From an uncultured Chloroflexia bacterium (GTDB taxonomy: Bacteria > Chloroflexota > Limnocylindria > QHBO01): a DNA stretch of 64,000 nt. Position numbers and translations under genes: made by a program. Below, piece after piece: positions 51,286 to 60,700 of the stretch. The notes under the pieces were generated by a model. It did no database searches and was not told where the DNA came from. It was given only the letters and a program-made list of their open reading frames with translations. The stretch's first letter is position 1, and each line of letters begins with the position of its first letter. The stretch is taken from assembly GCA_963789435.1 (NCBI GenBank), contig CAWBKO010000007.1, positions 66,075 through 130,074 of the forward strand, written 5' to 3'.

Positions 51286-54261
51286 CTACTGGGTCAGCTC
51301 GGCCAGGGCCTCGAGCACGTCGGCGAGCTCGTCGATGCGCTCCTGGTAGGTGCCGAGGTCCCCGGCATCGAGCGCCGTCTGCGCCTGGTCGTAGAGGCGC
51401 TGGGCCTCCGCCACCAGGCCGGCGACGTCACCGGGCAGCGGGCCGGGCGACTCGTCCGGCGACGGTGACGGCTCCGGTTCCGGCTCGACGATCGGCGGCG
51501 GCTCGGCCTCGCCCAGGATCTGGCGCAGGCCGTCCTCGACCGTCTCGGCGAAGGCGACGCGTTCCTGGTCGACCATGATCACGCGAACGAACTCCGGGAA
51601 CGGGGCGCCCTCGGCCTGCAGGAAGATCGGCTCCACGTAGAGCAGCCCGTCGTCGCCGATCGGCAGCACGAGGAGGTTGCCGCGAATGATCGACGAGCCT
51701 GAACGGCTCCAGACGCCGAACTGGGCCGCGATCGTGTCGTTCTGGTCGATACGGGCCTCAATCTGCTCCGGGCCCTGCGTGGTGGTGTCGGTCGGGAAGC
51801 GGAACGCGATCCGCTGCCCGTACTGGTCGCCGTCCATCCGCGCCGCGACCCAGGCGATCATGTTGCTGCGACCCTCGGGCACCATCGGCTGGATGAGCGC
51901 GAATTCCGCGGTGTCCTCGCCGGGGATGCGCATCGTCACGTAGTAGGGCTCCATCGGCTCCCCCGTCCCCTTCGCGACGTCGGCCGGGATCGCCCACCGA
52001 TCGTCCGAGTTGTAGAAGGTGGTCGCCCCGGCCTCGGTCGCCGGCAGGTGGTAGAGCCGATAGCTCTCGTTCTGCGCGCTGAACAGGTCCTCGGGGTAGC
52101 GCAGGTGCGCGCGAAGCTCGTCGGACATCGCGTCCAGCGGCTCGAACAGCCCTGGGAAGATGCGCGCGTAGGCGGCGATGATCGGCTCATCCGGATCGGC
52201 CAGGTAGAAGTGGACGGTGCCGTCATACGCGTCCATCACCACCTTCACGCTGTTGCGGACGTAGTTGGCGCCGGCGAGGTGGCTCGACTCCGGCAGCGGC
52301 TGCGCGTTCGGATAGCGATCAGTCAGGGTGTAGGCGTCCCACACCCACAGCAGCCGCTCGTCGGCGCTCACGAGGTAGGGATCGCGGTCGTATACCAGGA
52401 AGGGGGCGATCTCGGGGACGCGCTCGGTGATGGCGCGACGGAAGAGGATCTGCGACTCATCGGTGAGCTGGTTGCTGATGAGGAGGTTGAAGTCGCCGAA
52501 GCGCAGCGCGAACATGAGCCGCGAGAAGACATTGTCGATGCCGACGCCGGTCGAGCCGTTCCAGGTGGTGGTCGCCCCGGCGGCGTCATTGCCGCCGTCG
52601 GTCTCGAGCGGGTAGTCGAACTCGTCGGTGTCGGTGCCGGTCACGACGTAGGTGTCGGTCGCCTCGCCGAAGTAGATGCGCGGCTCGCCCACCGGCAGCT
52701 GCGGATCGCGGTTGATGCCGCTGACCAGGTAGTCCGGCGTTCCCTGGTCCGTCACCGCGTCGACCGGCACGGCGGTGATGCCGTAGCCGTGGGTGTAGAC
52801 GAGGCGCTCGTTCGTCCAGACGCGTGCCTGCTCGGCCAGTCGCTCGACGTCCAGCTCGCGCGCGCTCAGCATGATCTGGCGGTGCTCGTTCGCGACCTGG
52901 TAGCGGTCGATGTCGACGTCGAGGAAGGCGTAGTAGCGCCGCAGGATTTGCTGCTGGCCGAACGTGGTCAGCAACGGGCGGTAATCCCACAGCCGGAGGT
53001 TGTCGATCGTCGCCGCGTCGTCGGCGAAGACCTCGCGCGACAGCTCCTGCTCGCCGGTGAAGCGGCGCTGCTCGATCGCGTCGAGGTCGAACGCCGCCCG
53101 CGTGGATTGAATGTGCCTGGCGATGTACGGCCGCTCGACGTTGAGCTCGTTCGGGTTGACCTGGAAGTTCTGCACGAAGGCCGGGTAGAGGCTGCCGACC
53201 AGGATCGACAGGAGCAGCCAGGCGCCGCCGGCCAGCGCCAGCAGCCACAGCGTGCGGAACCACGTGTTGAGCAGCAAGAGCGCCGCCGCCCCGAGCGCCA
53301 CGACGGTGAGGATCACGTAGGCCGGCAGCCGCGCGTTCAGGTCGGTGTACAGCGCCGCGTGCACCGATCCGTTCGGTCCGCCGACCGAGTAGGCGAGGTC
53401 GGCGATGTCCAGCTGGTAGCCCCCGGCGAAGACCACGAGCAGGAGAGCGCCGATGACCGACAGGTGAGCGCGAACCGGCGCGCTGAGGTGGAACTGCCAG
53501 CGCAGGGCGCGGGCGGCGTAGGTGCCCAGCGTCAGCACGCCGACGATGATGAGCGTGGTGGTCGCCCAGCCGAGGACGAACCGGTAGAACGGCAGGTCGA
53601 ACACGTAGTAGCCGATGTCGCGGCCGAGCGTCGGGTCCGTGACGCCCCACTGGCCGCCATTGAAGAAGAGCAGCACCGTCTCCCAGTTGCCGCTCCATGC
53701 CGCACCGGAACCGAGCGACAGGAGGACGGCGACGACGACCAGCCCGATGCCGATGGCGCGCGAGGCGTCCGGCATCTCGAACCCGCCGAGCTGGCGTACC
53801 GGGGCCTGCGGCGCGATGCGTCCGGCAAGCCAGGTGCTGCCCAGGGCCGGCACGAGCATGGCGACGAAGCCGATCGCGAACAGCGCGACCTGGGACCAGA
53901 GCCTCGTCGCCAGCACGTCCCGGCGACCGAGCGCGTCGTACCACATGACGTCGGTGATGAGGGTCACGACGCCGCCGAGCAGGCTGAGCACGATCAGCAG
54001 GCCGACGATTCCGCCGCCGATCAGCAGCCACCGCCGCCACGGGACGTCGCCTCCGGCGACCGGCGGGAAGGTCGGGCCGCCCCCGCCTCCGTTGGTCCGA
54101 CCGGCGCGGCCACGGCGCCGTCCCTCATCGATGGGCGTCACGTTCTTCTCGGGACGGTCAGAGCCCTTCGGGCGCTCGAAGGGCCTGCCCTCGCGCTGCG
54201 CGTCGGCCTCGGCCTGGCGGCGCTGAAGCTCTTCGAGGAGCTTGTCGAACCAGCTTGACAT
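51286..54261 (-). CDS. UPF0182-family large membrane protein (~990 aa; function unknown), intact
   Basis: ORF 51286..54261. Basic N-terminus, ~7 TM in the first ~330 aa (LLIGGGIVGLLIVLSLLGGVV, VALFAIGFVAMLVPALG, ...), then a large soluble region (RLWDYRPL, ERLVYTHGYGITAVP, RIYFGE, FLVYDRDPYLV, LLWVWDAYT, YYVTMRIPG, IAWVAARMDG, GNLLVLPIGDGLLYVEPIFLQA). Architecture and blocks match my recollection of the actinobacterial UPF0182 family (e.g. Rv3193c). Confidence 0.8.
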   Translation of the reverse strand: MSSWFDKLLEELQRRQAEADAQREGRPFERPKGSDRPEKNVTPIDEGRRRGRAGRTNGGGGGPTFPPVAGGDVPWRRWLLIGGGIVGLLIVLSLLGGVVTLITDVMWYDALGRRDVLATRLWSQVALFAIGFVAMLVPALGSTWLAGRIAPQAPVRQLGGFEMPDASRAIGIGLVVVAVLLSLGSGAAWSGNWETVLLFFNGGQWGVTDPTLGRDIGYYVFDLPFYRFVLGWATTTLIIVGVLTLGTYAARALRWQFHLSAPVRAHLSVIGALLLVVFAGGYQLDIADLAYSVGGPNGSVHAALYTDLNARLPAYVILTVVALGAAALLLLNTWFRTLWLLALAGGAWLLLSILVGSLYPAFVQNFQVNPNELNVERPYIARHIQSTRAAFDLDAIEQRRFTGEQELSREVFADDAATIDNLRLWDYRPLLTTFGQQQILRRYYAFLDVDIDRYQVANEHRQIMLSARELDVERLAEQARVWTNERLVYTHGYGITAVPVDAVTDQGTPDYLVSGINRDPQLPVGEPRIYFGEATDTYVVTGTDTDEFDYPLETDGGNDAAGATTTWNGSTGVGIDNVFSRLMFALRFGDFNLLISNQLTDESQILFRRAITERVPEIAPFLVYDRDPYLVSADERLLWVWDAYTLTDRYPNAQPLPESSHLAGANYVRNSVKVVMDAYDGTVHFYLADPDEPIIAAYARIFPGLFEPLDAMSDELRAHLRYPEDLFSAQNESYRLYHLPATEAGATTFYNSDDRWAIPADVAKGTGEPMEPYYVTMRIPGEDTAEFALIQPMVPEGRSNMIAWVAARMDGDQYGQRIAFRFPTDTTTQGPEQIEARIDQNDTIAAQFGVWSRSGSSIIRGNLLVLPIGDDGLLYVEPIFLQAEGAPFPEFVRVIMVDQERVAFAETVEDGLRQILGEAEPPPIVEPEPEPSPSPDESPGPLPGDVAGLVAEAQRLYDQAQTALDAGDLGTYQERIDELADVLEALAELTQ

Positions 54262-54298
54262 ATGCCACCCATGCTACCGGCTGGCGAGGCGGCTGGCG

Positions 54299-54859
54299 TC
54301 AGGGGAGGTCGAAGGTCTCCACCAGCTCGCCGGCGGCGTCGGTCGCGACCACCCCCGTGGCGGTCTCCCCCGCCGGCACGAAGCCGACGAACGCCGTGGC
54401 ATCGTGACCTGCGCCGGCCAGCGGCATGAGCGTTGCCGCGATGCGCCCACCCGACGCCGTCTCGATCCACACCGCGGCGACCTGGCTGCTGACGATGCCG
54501 TCGACGGGGGACGGCGACTCGGAGGCGGCGCCCGGGCCGCCGTTGGCCCCGACGCCACCGAAGACACTCCCCTCCGAGATCAAGGGCAGCGACCCGCAGG
54601 TGCCGCTCGAGAGGCTCGCCAGCTCGAGCTGGGTGCAGATCCCATCGGCGGTGTCATAGATCGCGTAGCGCCAACCGATGCCCAGCGTCCTGCCGCTGCC
54701 GACCTCGGTGACCGGCCCGACGGCGTCGTCGCTCAGCGCCTGCATTGGGCCGCTCGGGATCTCCGCGGGGTCGGGCTGTCGCTCGACCCGCGCGATGCCG
54801 CAGCCCGCCAGCGCCAGCGCCAGCCCGACGAGCGCCAGTGGTGCGCGCCTTACTCCCAC
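54299..54859 (-). CDS. Hypothetical lipoprotein
   Basis: ORF 54299..54859: lipobox in [20 protein letters not shown], then a ~165-aa soluble part with one Cys pair ([14 protein letters not shown]). The start overlaps the guaA stop by 10 nt. No family recognised. Confidence 0.55.
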   Translation of the reverse strand: MGVRRAPLALVGLALALAGCGIARVERQPDPAEIPSGPMQALSDDAVGPVTEVGSGRTLGIGWRYAIYDTADGICTQLELASLSSGTCGSLPLISEGSVFGGVGANGGPGAASESPSPVDGIVSSQVAAVWIETASGGRIAATLMPLAGAGHDATAFVGFVPAGETATGVVATDAAGELVETFDLP

Positions 54860-56409
54860 TCGATGGTGGCCGGCGGTTTCGAGCTGATGTCGTACACGAC
54901 GCGGTTGACCCCGGGAACCTCGTTCACGATGCGGCTGCTGATCTTGGCGAGCACCTCGTACGGCAGGCGCGCCCAGTCGGCCGTCATCCCATCGTCGCTG
55001 GTCACGGCACGGATGGCGACGACGTTGGCGTAGGTCCTGCCGTCGCCCATCACGCCGACCGAGCGGACCGGCGTGAGGATGGCGAAGCTCTGCCAGAGGG
55101 ACCGATACAGGCCGGCACCCTTGATCTCGTCGATCACGATCCAGTCGGCCTCGCGAAGCGTGTCGAGCCGCTCGGCGGTCACCTCGCCAAGGATTCGGAT
55201 CGCCAGCCCCGGCCCCGGGAACGGCTGGCGCTGGATCATTGCCTCCGGCAGGCCGAGCTCCTCGCCCACCCTTCGGACCTCGTCCTTGAACAGGTAGCGC
55301 AAGGGCTCGATGAGCCGGAAGCGCATATCGGCCGGCAGGCCGCCCACGTTGTGATGGGTCTTGATCTTCTGCGACGTCTTCGTCTCCGACGTCTTCGACT
55401 CGATCACGTCCGGGTAGAGCGTGCCCTGGGTCAGGAAGTCGATCTCCCCCAGCTTCGTCGCCTCCTCCTCGAAGACGCGGATGAACTCGTCGCCGATGAT
55501 GCGGCGCTTCTCCTCGGGATCCTCGACGCCGGCCAGCCGCTTCAGGAACCGATCGCGAGCATCGACCATCACCAGCTTCATGCCGAGGTCGCGCTCGAAG
55601 GTGACGCGCAGCAGCTCGGATTCGCGCTTGCGCATGAGCCCGTGGTCAACGTAGATGCAGGTCAGCTGGTCGCCGATGGCCCGATGCACCAGCGTTGCCG
55701 CGACCGCGGAGTCCACCCCGCCGGAGAGCGCGCAGATGACATGGCCGGTCCCGACCCGTTCTCGGATCTCGGCAACGGTCGTCTCGACGAGGTTCGCGGC
55801 CGTCCAGTTCTGCCGCACGCCGGCGATCCCCACCACGAAGTTGCGCAGCACCTCCCGCCCGACCGGCGTGTGCACCACCTCGGGGTGAAACTGGATGCCA
55901 TAGAGGTTGCGAGACGGATCGGCCAGGCCGGCGAACGGCGTGGAGTCCGTCTGGGCGATGGGACGGAATCCGGACGGCGGCCGTACGATCGAGTCGCCGT
56001 GGCTCATCCAGACCGGCTGGATGCGGTCGATTCCGGCCAACAGCCCCTCCGTATCGGTCACGCTGACGGTGGCCGGGCCGTACTCCCGCTTGCTGGACGG
56101 CAAGACCTCGCCACCGAGCTCGTGGGCCATCAGCTGCAACCCATAGCAGATGCCGAGGACGGGAATCCGTCCGGACCACAGCGCCGGGTCGGCTCGCGGA
56201 GCATCGGCGTCGTACACCGATGACGGACCGCCCGACAGGATCACCGCCTTCGCGCCGCGCCGCTCCAGCTCGGCCATCGGCGTGTCGTGCGGCAGGAGCT
56301 CGGAGTAGACGTTGAGCTCCCGAACGCGCCGCGCGATCAGCTGGGCGAACTGGCTGCCGAAGTCGAGCACGACCACCGTGTCCGGCTGCTCCGGCGCCTC
56401 GGTCGCCAC
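54850..56409 (-). CDS. guaA: GMP synthase (glutamine-hydrolysing) GuaA, intact; an in-frame ATG at 56622 would add 71 aa
   Basis: C-terminal 519 codons of ORF 54850..57849 from the GTG at 56409: [44 protein letters not shown]-loop [54 protein letters not shown], ...ATIEWE-stop. Confidence 0.9.
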   Translation of the reverse strand: MATEAPEQPDTVVVLDFGSQFAQLIARRVRELNVYSELLPHDTPMAELERRGAKAVILSGGPSSVYDADAPRADPALWSGRIPVLGICYGLQLMAHELGGEVLPSSKREYGPATVSVTDTEGLLAGIDRIQPVWMSHGDSIVRPPSGFRPIAQTDSTPFAGLADPSRNLYGIQFHPEVVHTPVGREVLRNFVVGIAGVRQNWTAANLVETTVAEIRERVGTGHVICALSGGVDSAVAATLVHRAIGDQLTCIYVDHGLMRKRESELLRVTFERDLGMKLVMVDARDRFLKRLAGVEDPEEKRRIIGDEFIRVFEEEATKLGEIDFLTQGTLYPDVIESKTSETKTSQKIKTHHNVGGLPADMRFRLIEPLRYLFKDEVRRVGEELGLPEAMIQRQPFPGPGLAIRILGEVTAERLDTLREADWIVIDEIKGAGLYRSLWQSFAILTPVRSVGVMGDGRTYANVVAIRAVTSDDGMTADWARLPYEVLAKISSRIVNEVPGVNRVVYDISSKPPATIEWE

Positions 56410-56618
56410 GCGCTGTGGAGGAGCGGCGTGGAGCGCCTGCTCGAGGTAGGCCTCGACCTCCGCGTCGTCGGGTGCCAGCACGCGGTGGCCCGAATTTGCC
56501 GCCTCGCCATGGACCGTGCGCCCGCGTTCCGAAGGACGCTGCTCGTGAGTCTCGGTCTCCTCGGTCACTGGTGGCAGTGTATCGGTCCCAGTCGCCGCAA
56601 TGCGGCCTCCACCGCCGT

Positions 56619-57845
56619 TCATTGATCGAGCCATTCGCGAGGGTGGCTCGAAAGGAAGTCCTCGACCGGGATGCCGCCCGCGCCGATGATCAGGGACCGC
56701 GCCCCGCGATGGGCGTGAGTGAAGGCGACCGCGCCGGGCGCGCCGCGTGGGTGGCCGATTCTCACAAGCAGGGCGGTCGGCGTGTCGCGCGAGCGCATCA
56801 GCTTGCCCGGACGCACGACCCAGTCGACCTCGTTGTTGCCCTCGCGCCAGTAGCCGAGCTCGTCGGGATCGGCGTGCCCCCACAGGTGCGCCCCGACGGC
56901 CGTCTGCACCAGCCGCGACCAGGCTTCGCGATCCGCCTTCGCGCGGGCGAACGTCGTCCTCGCGGTGGCCGTCATGAGGCCGGTGTTGAGGGCGAGCAGC
57001 TTGGGGCTGGAGGCGCGGCGCCGGACCGCCGAGCCCGAGTATTTGCCGATGCCGGTGACCATCCCCGCTCCACCCAGCAGCTCGAGATAGTGGGCGAGGG
57101 TGACGGTATTGCCGGCATCGGTCAGGGTGCCGAGCATCTTCGTGTAGCTCAGCACCTGGCCGGAGTAGGAGCAGGCGAGTCGGAACAGCTGCCGCAGCAG
57201 CGCCGGCTTCTCGACCCGGTTGAGGAGCAGGATGTCCCGCGAGAGGTTGGTCTCGACGATCGAGTCGAGGATGTACTCCTCCCACCGGTCGTGGCTCTTG
57301 ATCAGCCGGGCGGCGCCCGGGTAGCCGCCGTAGAAGAGATAGGTGTCGAGGTCCCAGCCGAAGGCGTCGCGCATCTCGGCGAAGGTCCAGTGGATGACGC
57401 GGATGACCTCGAAGCGGCCGGCCAGGCTGTCGGAAAGCCCCTTGCGGACGAGCAGAGGCGCCGAGCCGAGCAGCATCACCCGCAGCGGACTGCCCGATGC
57501 CGTGTCCTCGTCCCAGAGCTGCTTCACCACGTCGGACCAGTCGCGGATCTTCTGCACCTCGTCGAGCACCAGCAGCCCGCCGGCACGGCCGCCCATCCCC
57601 GCCTGCTGGCGACCGATCGCCCACTGCGTGTAGATCCAGCCGATGTCCTCCGGGTCGGGCGCATCCGCGGAAGCGAAGTGACCCGGGATGCCGATGGCGT
57701 CCATCACCTGGCGCGCCAGCGTCGTCTTCCCGACCTGGCGCGGGCCGGCAAGCACCTGGATGAACTGGCGCGGCTCGTGGGCGCGTTCGAGGATCTCGTC
57801 GTAGATCGGGCGCCGGTAGACCTTCGGTGCTCGGCTCACGTTCAC
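56619..57845 (-). CDS. AAA+-type ATP-binding protein with DUF4143-like C-terminal region (COG1373-type), intact
   Basis: ORF 56619..57845. Walker [16 protein letters not shown], Walker [22 protein letters not shown]4143-like block [42 protein letters not shown]...[18 protein letters not shown]-terminal EVDWVV. GTG start at 57845. Its stop TGA is overlapped by an ATG in the guaA frame. Confidence 0.75.
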   Translation of the reverse strand: MNVSRAPKVYRRPIYDEILERAHEPRQFIQVLAGPRQVGKTTLARQVMDAIGIPGHFASADAPDPEDIGWIYTQWAIGRQQAGMGGRAGGLLVLDEVQKIRDWSDVVKQLWDEDTASGSPLRVMLLGSAPLLVRKGLSDSLAGRFEVIRVIHWTFAEMRDAFGWDLDTYLFYGGYPGAARLIKSHDRWEEYILDSIVETNLSRDILLLNRVEKPALLRQLFRLACSYSGQVLSYTKMLGTLTDAGNTVTLAHYLELLGGAGMVTGIGKYSGSAVRRRASSPKLLALNTGLMTATARTTFARAKADREAWSRLVQTAVGAHLWGHADPDELGYWREGNNEVDWVVRPGKLMRSRDTPTALLVRIGHPRGAPGAVAFTHAHRGARSLIIGAGGIPVEDFLSSHPREWLDQ

Positions 57846-57889
57846 TCACTCGTCTGAGCAGGATTACTCAGTACTGTGAGGAAGTTTAC
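57846..57889 (-). promoter_or_regulatory. Only AT-rich spacer in the window, immediately upstream of the ATPase gene. Contains the perfect palindrome CAGTACTG (57869..57876) and flanking direct repeats T(T/C)ACTCACTC (57842..57851 and 57886..57895)
   Basis: Plus strand ttcactcactcgtctgagcaggattactcagtactgtgaggaagtttactcactcc. The composition contrasts with the surrounding GC-rich DNA. A promoter/operator function is only a guess. Confidence 0.3.
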
Positions 57890-58683
57890 TCACTCCAGTT
57901 CCAGCCGGACGCGCTCCAGCGCAGTGGCCGTCTCGTCGGCCGGGAACGGCGACCGACGCATCGCCTCGTCCAGCGCCGATGGCGCCGGTGGCCGCATCCC
58001 GGCCGAGATCCGCGAGCGACCGCCAGCTGCTCCACCTGGTCCGTGGCGAAGCGATGATCGAACGGGTCGCCGTGACCCGGTACGACGACCCCGTCGACCA
58101 GGGCGACCAGCGCTCGGCCGGTCTCGACCCAGGCGATCGGGTAGCTGTCGCCGAACGCCGGTGCCGGGGCGTTCTCCAGCAGATCGCCGGCGAACAGGAC
58201 CGATGCGTCCGGCACGGTGATCACGATGTCGTTGTCGGTGTGGCCGCGCCCGAGGTACCGCAGCTCGACCTGCCGGTCGCCGAGATCGAGCGTCGCGGAC
58301 TCGTCGAACAGCTCGGTGGGCGGGGTGAGCTCGACGGTCTCGAACGACTCGTTCGGGAACTCCTCGATCATCCGGGCGCGCATCTCCTCGCCGCGCTCGA
58401 CGATCATCGTCGCGCAGCGCACATGGCCCCAGATCGGCGTCGGCAGGAAGCGGGCGTTGCCGAAGGAGTGGTCCCAGTGACCGTGCGTGTTGACGACCGC
58501 CGCGAGCGGATGGGGACCCAGCGCGCGCATGTCGGCGCGAAGCTCATCGGCAGATGGATGGGTGGCCCGCGTGTCGATGACGACCAGCCCGTCCTCGCCG
58601 CCGATGACGCCGATCGTCTGGTCGAGCGACGCGTAGCGTCGGACCCAGACGCGGTCGCCGACCTCGCGCCAGACGGAGGTCAC
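57890..58683 (-). CDS. MBL-fold metallo-hydrolase; frame-disrupted (1 shift ~58020)
   Basis: From GTG 58683 (Val131) of ORF 57886..59073: VWVRRYASLDQTIGVIGGEDGLVVIDT, HxHxDH motif VNTHGHWDHSFGN, LRYLGRGHTDND, FAGDLL, VVPGHGDP. A more sensible C-terminus (...DEAMRRSPFPADETATALERVRLELE-stop at 57890) lies in another frame. Confidence 0.8.
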
Positions 58684-58690
58684 GCGCCGA

Positions 58691-59073
58691 TCACTTCCCC
58701 TCCAGCATGTAGAACTCGTGGAACTCCGCGCAGCGCCCGTCGGGCGCGAACCGCAGGAGGTAGGCGTTGTGGTAGGTGCGCTCCGGATCGTCGCCGGTCG
58801 GGGCGTACCGGCTCCAGCCGACTGCGACCGCTCGGTCTCCCTCGACGGCATATGGCTCGTAGTGGGCGTCCCAGGCCGCTGGGAGCGTCGGGCTCCTCCA
58901 GCCAGCTGGTCACGATCGCACTCGCGCCCTCGCAGCGTGTGCTCGTCGCTGTCCCACGGCCGGTAGCTGTAGACGGCGTCGTCGGTGAAGAGCGCCTCGA
59001 TCGGCCCGGCCTCGTTCGCCCGCCAGGCCTCCACGTATCGGTCCAGCCAGGTCTGCACATCGGCTCGGTTCAT
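58691..59073 (-). CDS. NTF2/SnoaL-like fold protein; frame-disrupted (2 shifts ~58925, ~58880)
   Basis: MNRADVQTWLDRYVEAWRANEAGPIEALFTDDAVYSYRPW (ORF 57886..59073). AIVTSWLEEPDAPS (ORF 58680..59060). Third frame: AWDAHYEPYAVEGDRAVAVGWSRY...YHNAYLLRFAPDGRCAEFHEFYMLEGK-stop at 58691. Confidence 0.7.
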
Positions 59074-59094
59074 GGCGCCGATGCTAGCGCGTGG

Positions 59095-60150
59095 TCAATC
59101 GGCGTGGAAGGTCGCCAGCCGCTGCGCCTCGTCGTCGAGCGACGCTCGCTCCGCAGCCGTCAGCGGCCGGAGGGGAGAGAGGCTGATCTCGCCGGCCTCG
59201 TGACGCCAGGTCCCGGCGACCTGCCCGTCGAGCAGGAAGGTGTTGTGCGAGTGCGGGGTCTTGGTGTTGAAGATGAGCGGCCGGAGCTCCTCGGGCAGGA
59301 TCAGCGTGCGGCGAGCATGGACCAGCAGGGCGGCATCCCAGACCGCCAGGAAGCGCGGCGGGGCGGGCGTCTCCGGGTCCGGCAGCGGCGCGTCGGGGAG
59401 GTCCAGCAGCGGCTTGCCGCCTTCGTCGCGGAGCTTGCGCAGCTGCATCGCGTCGGCGACGTGCCGCATCTGCCCCACCGTCATCCCCATCCAGCTCGCG
59501 ACGTCCTTCAGCGGTGCGGGTCCGAACGCGCCGAGGTAGCGGCGGATGAGCAGCTCCATCCCCTCCTCCTCGGTCACGGCCGTCGGCGGCAGCCACGCAT
59601 CGGCCAGCCCGTACAGGTCGGCGCGGCGCCGCTCCCAGGTCCCGGACGGCGGAACCCGCACCAGGTCGACCCACGTGCCGGCCCATTTCGCGGCGGTCGC
59701 GGGGAACCCGCCGCGCCGCAAGCCGCTCGGTCAGCTCCTTCATCGGCAGTGGACCATCGGCGAGCTCACGCCGGACGGCCTGCGGCGACCGCCTTCGTGT
59801 CGAACTTCTCGACCTCTGGGCGGGCGATCCTCTCGAACCACTCGCGGCGGATGCGGCGCACGCCGACCTCCATCGGCCAGTAGTCGGCGGCCGAGACCAT
59901 GTGGATGGTGGCGCGCATGAGCGTTGCCTGGACGACCTCGCGGCGCTCGAGGGCCTGCAGTCAGCATCGGCCTGGTGAAGTCGCGCATGCGCGACCACAG
60001 GCCGATGTAGCCGGCCGGCGCGTACTGCGTCTGGATGCCGCCCATCTGCTCGACGACCTCGGTGAGACCCAGCGTCGAGCGCTCGAGAAGGAGCTGCCGG
60101 GCGAGCAGCGCGCGGTTCAGCGCGCGGGTGGAGAGGATCGGCTCAGCCAT
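59095..60150 (-). CDS. Winged-helix DUF1006 / YcaQ (AlkZ-like) family protein, putative DNA crosslink-repair glycosylase; frame-disrupted (3 shifts ~59960, ~59790, ~59715)
   Basis: - MAEPILSTRALNRALLARQLLLERSTLGLTEVVEQMGGIQTQYAPAGYIGLWSRMRDF (frame of ORF 59740..60684).
- VVQATLMRATIHMVSAADYWP (unlisted frame).
- ELADGPLPMKELTERL (59084..59998).
- WVDLVRVPPSGTWERRRADLY...LIRRYLGAFGPAPLKDVASW...FLAVWDAALLVHARR...FLLDGQVAGTW (ORF 59095..59721). Confidence 0.7.
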
Positions 60151-60684
60151 TCGTCGCGCAGGATCGACATGACGTGGCCGCTGGTGTAGCGGCCGCCCTC
60201 GTAGCGGTCGTGTCGGAGCGTCGCCTCGAGAACGAAGCCGGCCTTCTCGTACGCGCGGCGCGCGCGATCGTTCTCGGTCCAGACGTTCAGCCAGATGCGC
60301 TCGAGCCGCAGCTCGGCGAACCCGAAGCCGACGATGGCATTGACCGCGTCGGTGCCATAGCCCTTGCCCCACTCGTCCACCTCGCCGATGAAGATGCCGA
60401 GCTCGGCGCTGCCGTTGCGCAGGTCCAGCTCGGACAGCCGCGACCTCGCCGATCGGCCGCTCGTCGGCGAGCAGGCAGATCAGGAAGGTGTAGTAGTCCT
60501 TGCCCTGATCGGTCGCCAGCCGGTCCATCCGCGCCGCCGACTGCGCGAGGCTGAGCGGTGCCCGGTCGTTCCAGCCCGCCAGCGCCATCGGCTCGGCATC
60601 GGCCCGCCAGCGACGATAGAGCTCCGCGTCGGTCGGCTCGAACGGCCGCAGGAAGACGCGCTCCCCGTGAATGATGTGGGTCAT
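60117..60684 (-). CDS. GNAT-family N-acetyltransferase (RimJ/RimL-like); frame-disrupted (1 shift ~60445)
   Basis: VFLRPFEPTDAELYRRW...YYTFLICLLADERPIGEV (ORF 59740..60684 N-terminus). Then ELGIFIGEVDEWGKGYGTDAVNAIVGFGFAELRLERIWLNVWTENDRARRAYEKAGF (ORF 60117..60380). Confidence 0.8.
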
Positions 60685-60700
60685 ACCGACGGCGGCGTCG

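Noticed and set aside
52048-54258. 736-aa plus-strand ORF
   Set aside because: It lies entirely antisense to the intact UPF0182 gene. Its Arg/Asp/Gly/Val-rich low-complexity translation marks it as a shadow ORF. The same reasoning applies to 26928..28847 (antisense to treS), 28711..30012 (antisense to glgE), 47648..49243 (antisense to purB) and 54745..56223 (antisense to guaA).
56410-56618. Riboswitch or leader RNA upstream of guaA
   Set aside because: I could not recognise purine/guanine, ZTP or PRPP riboswitch core motifs by eye. The segment is an open frame continuous with guaA, and there is no terminator-like hairpin. A covariance-model scan (Rfam/Infernal) would be needed to exclude it.
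56623-57849. Upstream ~400 codons of the 999-aa ORF 54850..57849, which would make a giant GuaA fusion
   Set aside because: This part overlaps the ATPase gene in a different frame and translates to Arg/Pro/Gly-rich nonsense. Only the last 519 codons (possibly 590) are GuaA.
57842-57895. Direct repeats T(T/C)ACTCACTC as target-site duplication of a mobile element carrying the ATPase
   Set aside because: The repeats bracket only the 44-nt spacer, not the ATPase gene. No integrase, transposase or terminal inverted repeats were found. Kept only as a possible regulatory feature.
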